NCBI RefSeq assembly: GCF_963921235.1
Contig: NC_086108.1
Location: 24,862,001-24,926,000, forward strand
Direction of reading: 5' to 3'
Source: Mobula hypostoma
Lineage: Eukaryota
Length of the DNA: 64,000 nt
The position numbers and the translations under genes were made by a program. Below are positions 63,285 to 64,000 of the stretch, piece after piece. The notes under the pieces are model-generated. The model worked only from the letters and a program-made list of their open reading frames with translations, had not been told where the DNA came from and ran no database searches. How positions within the stretch are numbered: position 1 is the first letter of the stretch; the number at the start of each line of letters is the position of its first letter.

Positions 63285-64000
63285 AGTAATAGGCCCTTTG
63301 GCCCGCGATGATGTGCCAACCTTATGACCTCTCTAAAATCAATCTAACCCTTCCCTCCAACATAGCCATGCATTTTTCCATCATCCATTAGCCTACGAGT
63401 TTTGTAAATATTCCTAATGTATCTGCCTTGACTACCATCCCTGGCAATGCATCCATACACCAACCATTCTCTGTGTAAAAGACGTAACTCTGACATCCCC
63501 CTTATGCTTTCCTCCAGTCACCTTAAAATTATGCCACCTTGTACTAGCTATTTCTGCCCTGGAAAAAAAGAAGTCACTGGCTATAAAGAGTCTGACTTTG
63601 GCGGGTGTCTAACTCGAATACACCTTTACTCCCTTCTAGACCGTGATGACTCTTGTCCCAGATTATCCAAGTCTTGTGATGGATCTGATACAGGATGATC
63701 CTCTTGACTGTCTAGTCAAAGAACAGAAGTGGAAATGGAAACAATGCAGCAACAATATCAATGGTAGAAGTCTCATGTAGCTCATGAAGAACTCTTCTTA
63801 AGCTGTGCTACACAGGCAACCTGCCAGCTCCCAGCCAATAGGTGCGCAATGTCTGGGATGCCATAAAGCCTATTAAAAACACTTGGCATTTCTATTAGAA
63901 AATGCCAGGACTGGTTAATAGCAATGATGGTTAAGTCTAGTAAATAGTGAACAGCAAAATGGAAGGCATTCTGTGACTTGAACCTCTGCCACATCTCAAA

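Overview
Eukaryotic, repeat-dense intronic DNA. The repeat complement (CR1, Rex/Babar, L2, Penelope-like elements, V-SINE, DeuSINE) points to a cartilaginous fish, probably a ray; this is inference. The only host-gene coding sequence I can support is one 75-bp minus-strand exon (20850-20924, [25 protein letters not shown]) of astrotactin-1, so the window most likely lies in two large ASTN1 introns. Most of the rest is a nested mosaic of transposons. It includes a complete 3.5-kb hAT element with TIRs and an 8-bp TSD that carries a canonical REST/RE1 site, and about 14 Penelope-like terminal fragments with a minimal hammerhead-ribozyme motif, several with TSDs and internal inversions. There is also a 2.1-kb ~55-bp minisatellite adjoining a Penelope relic, a solo LTR, Tc1 and hAT MITEs, and many CR1/Rex LINE fragments. 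No prokaryotic features, CRISPR, rRNA or true tRNA genes were seen. Boundaries of decayed repeats are approximate, and family names come from recalled motifs rather than database searches. I found no clearly new biological system; the most interesting leads are the transposon-borne RE1 site and the ribozyme-bearing Penelope fragments.
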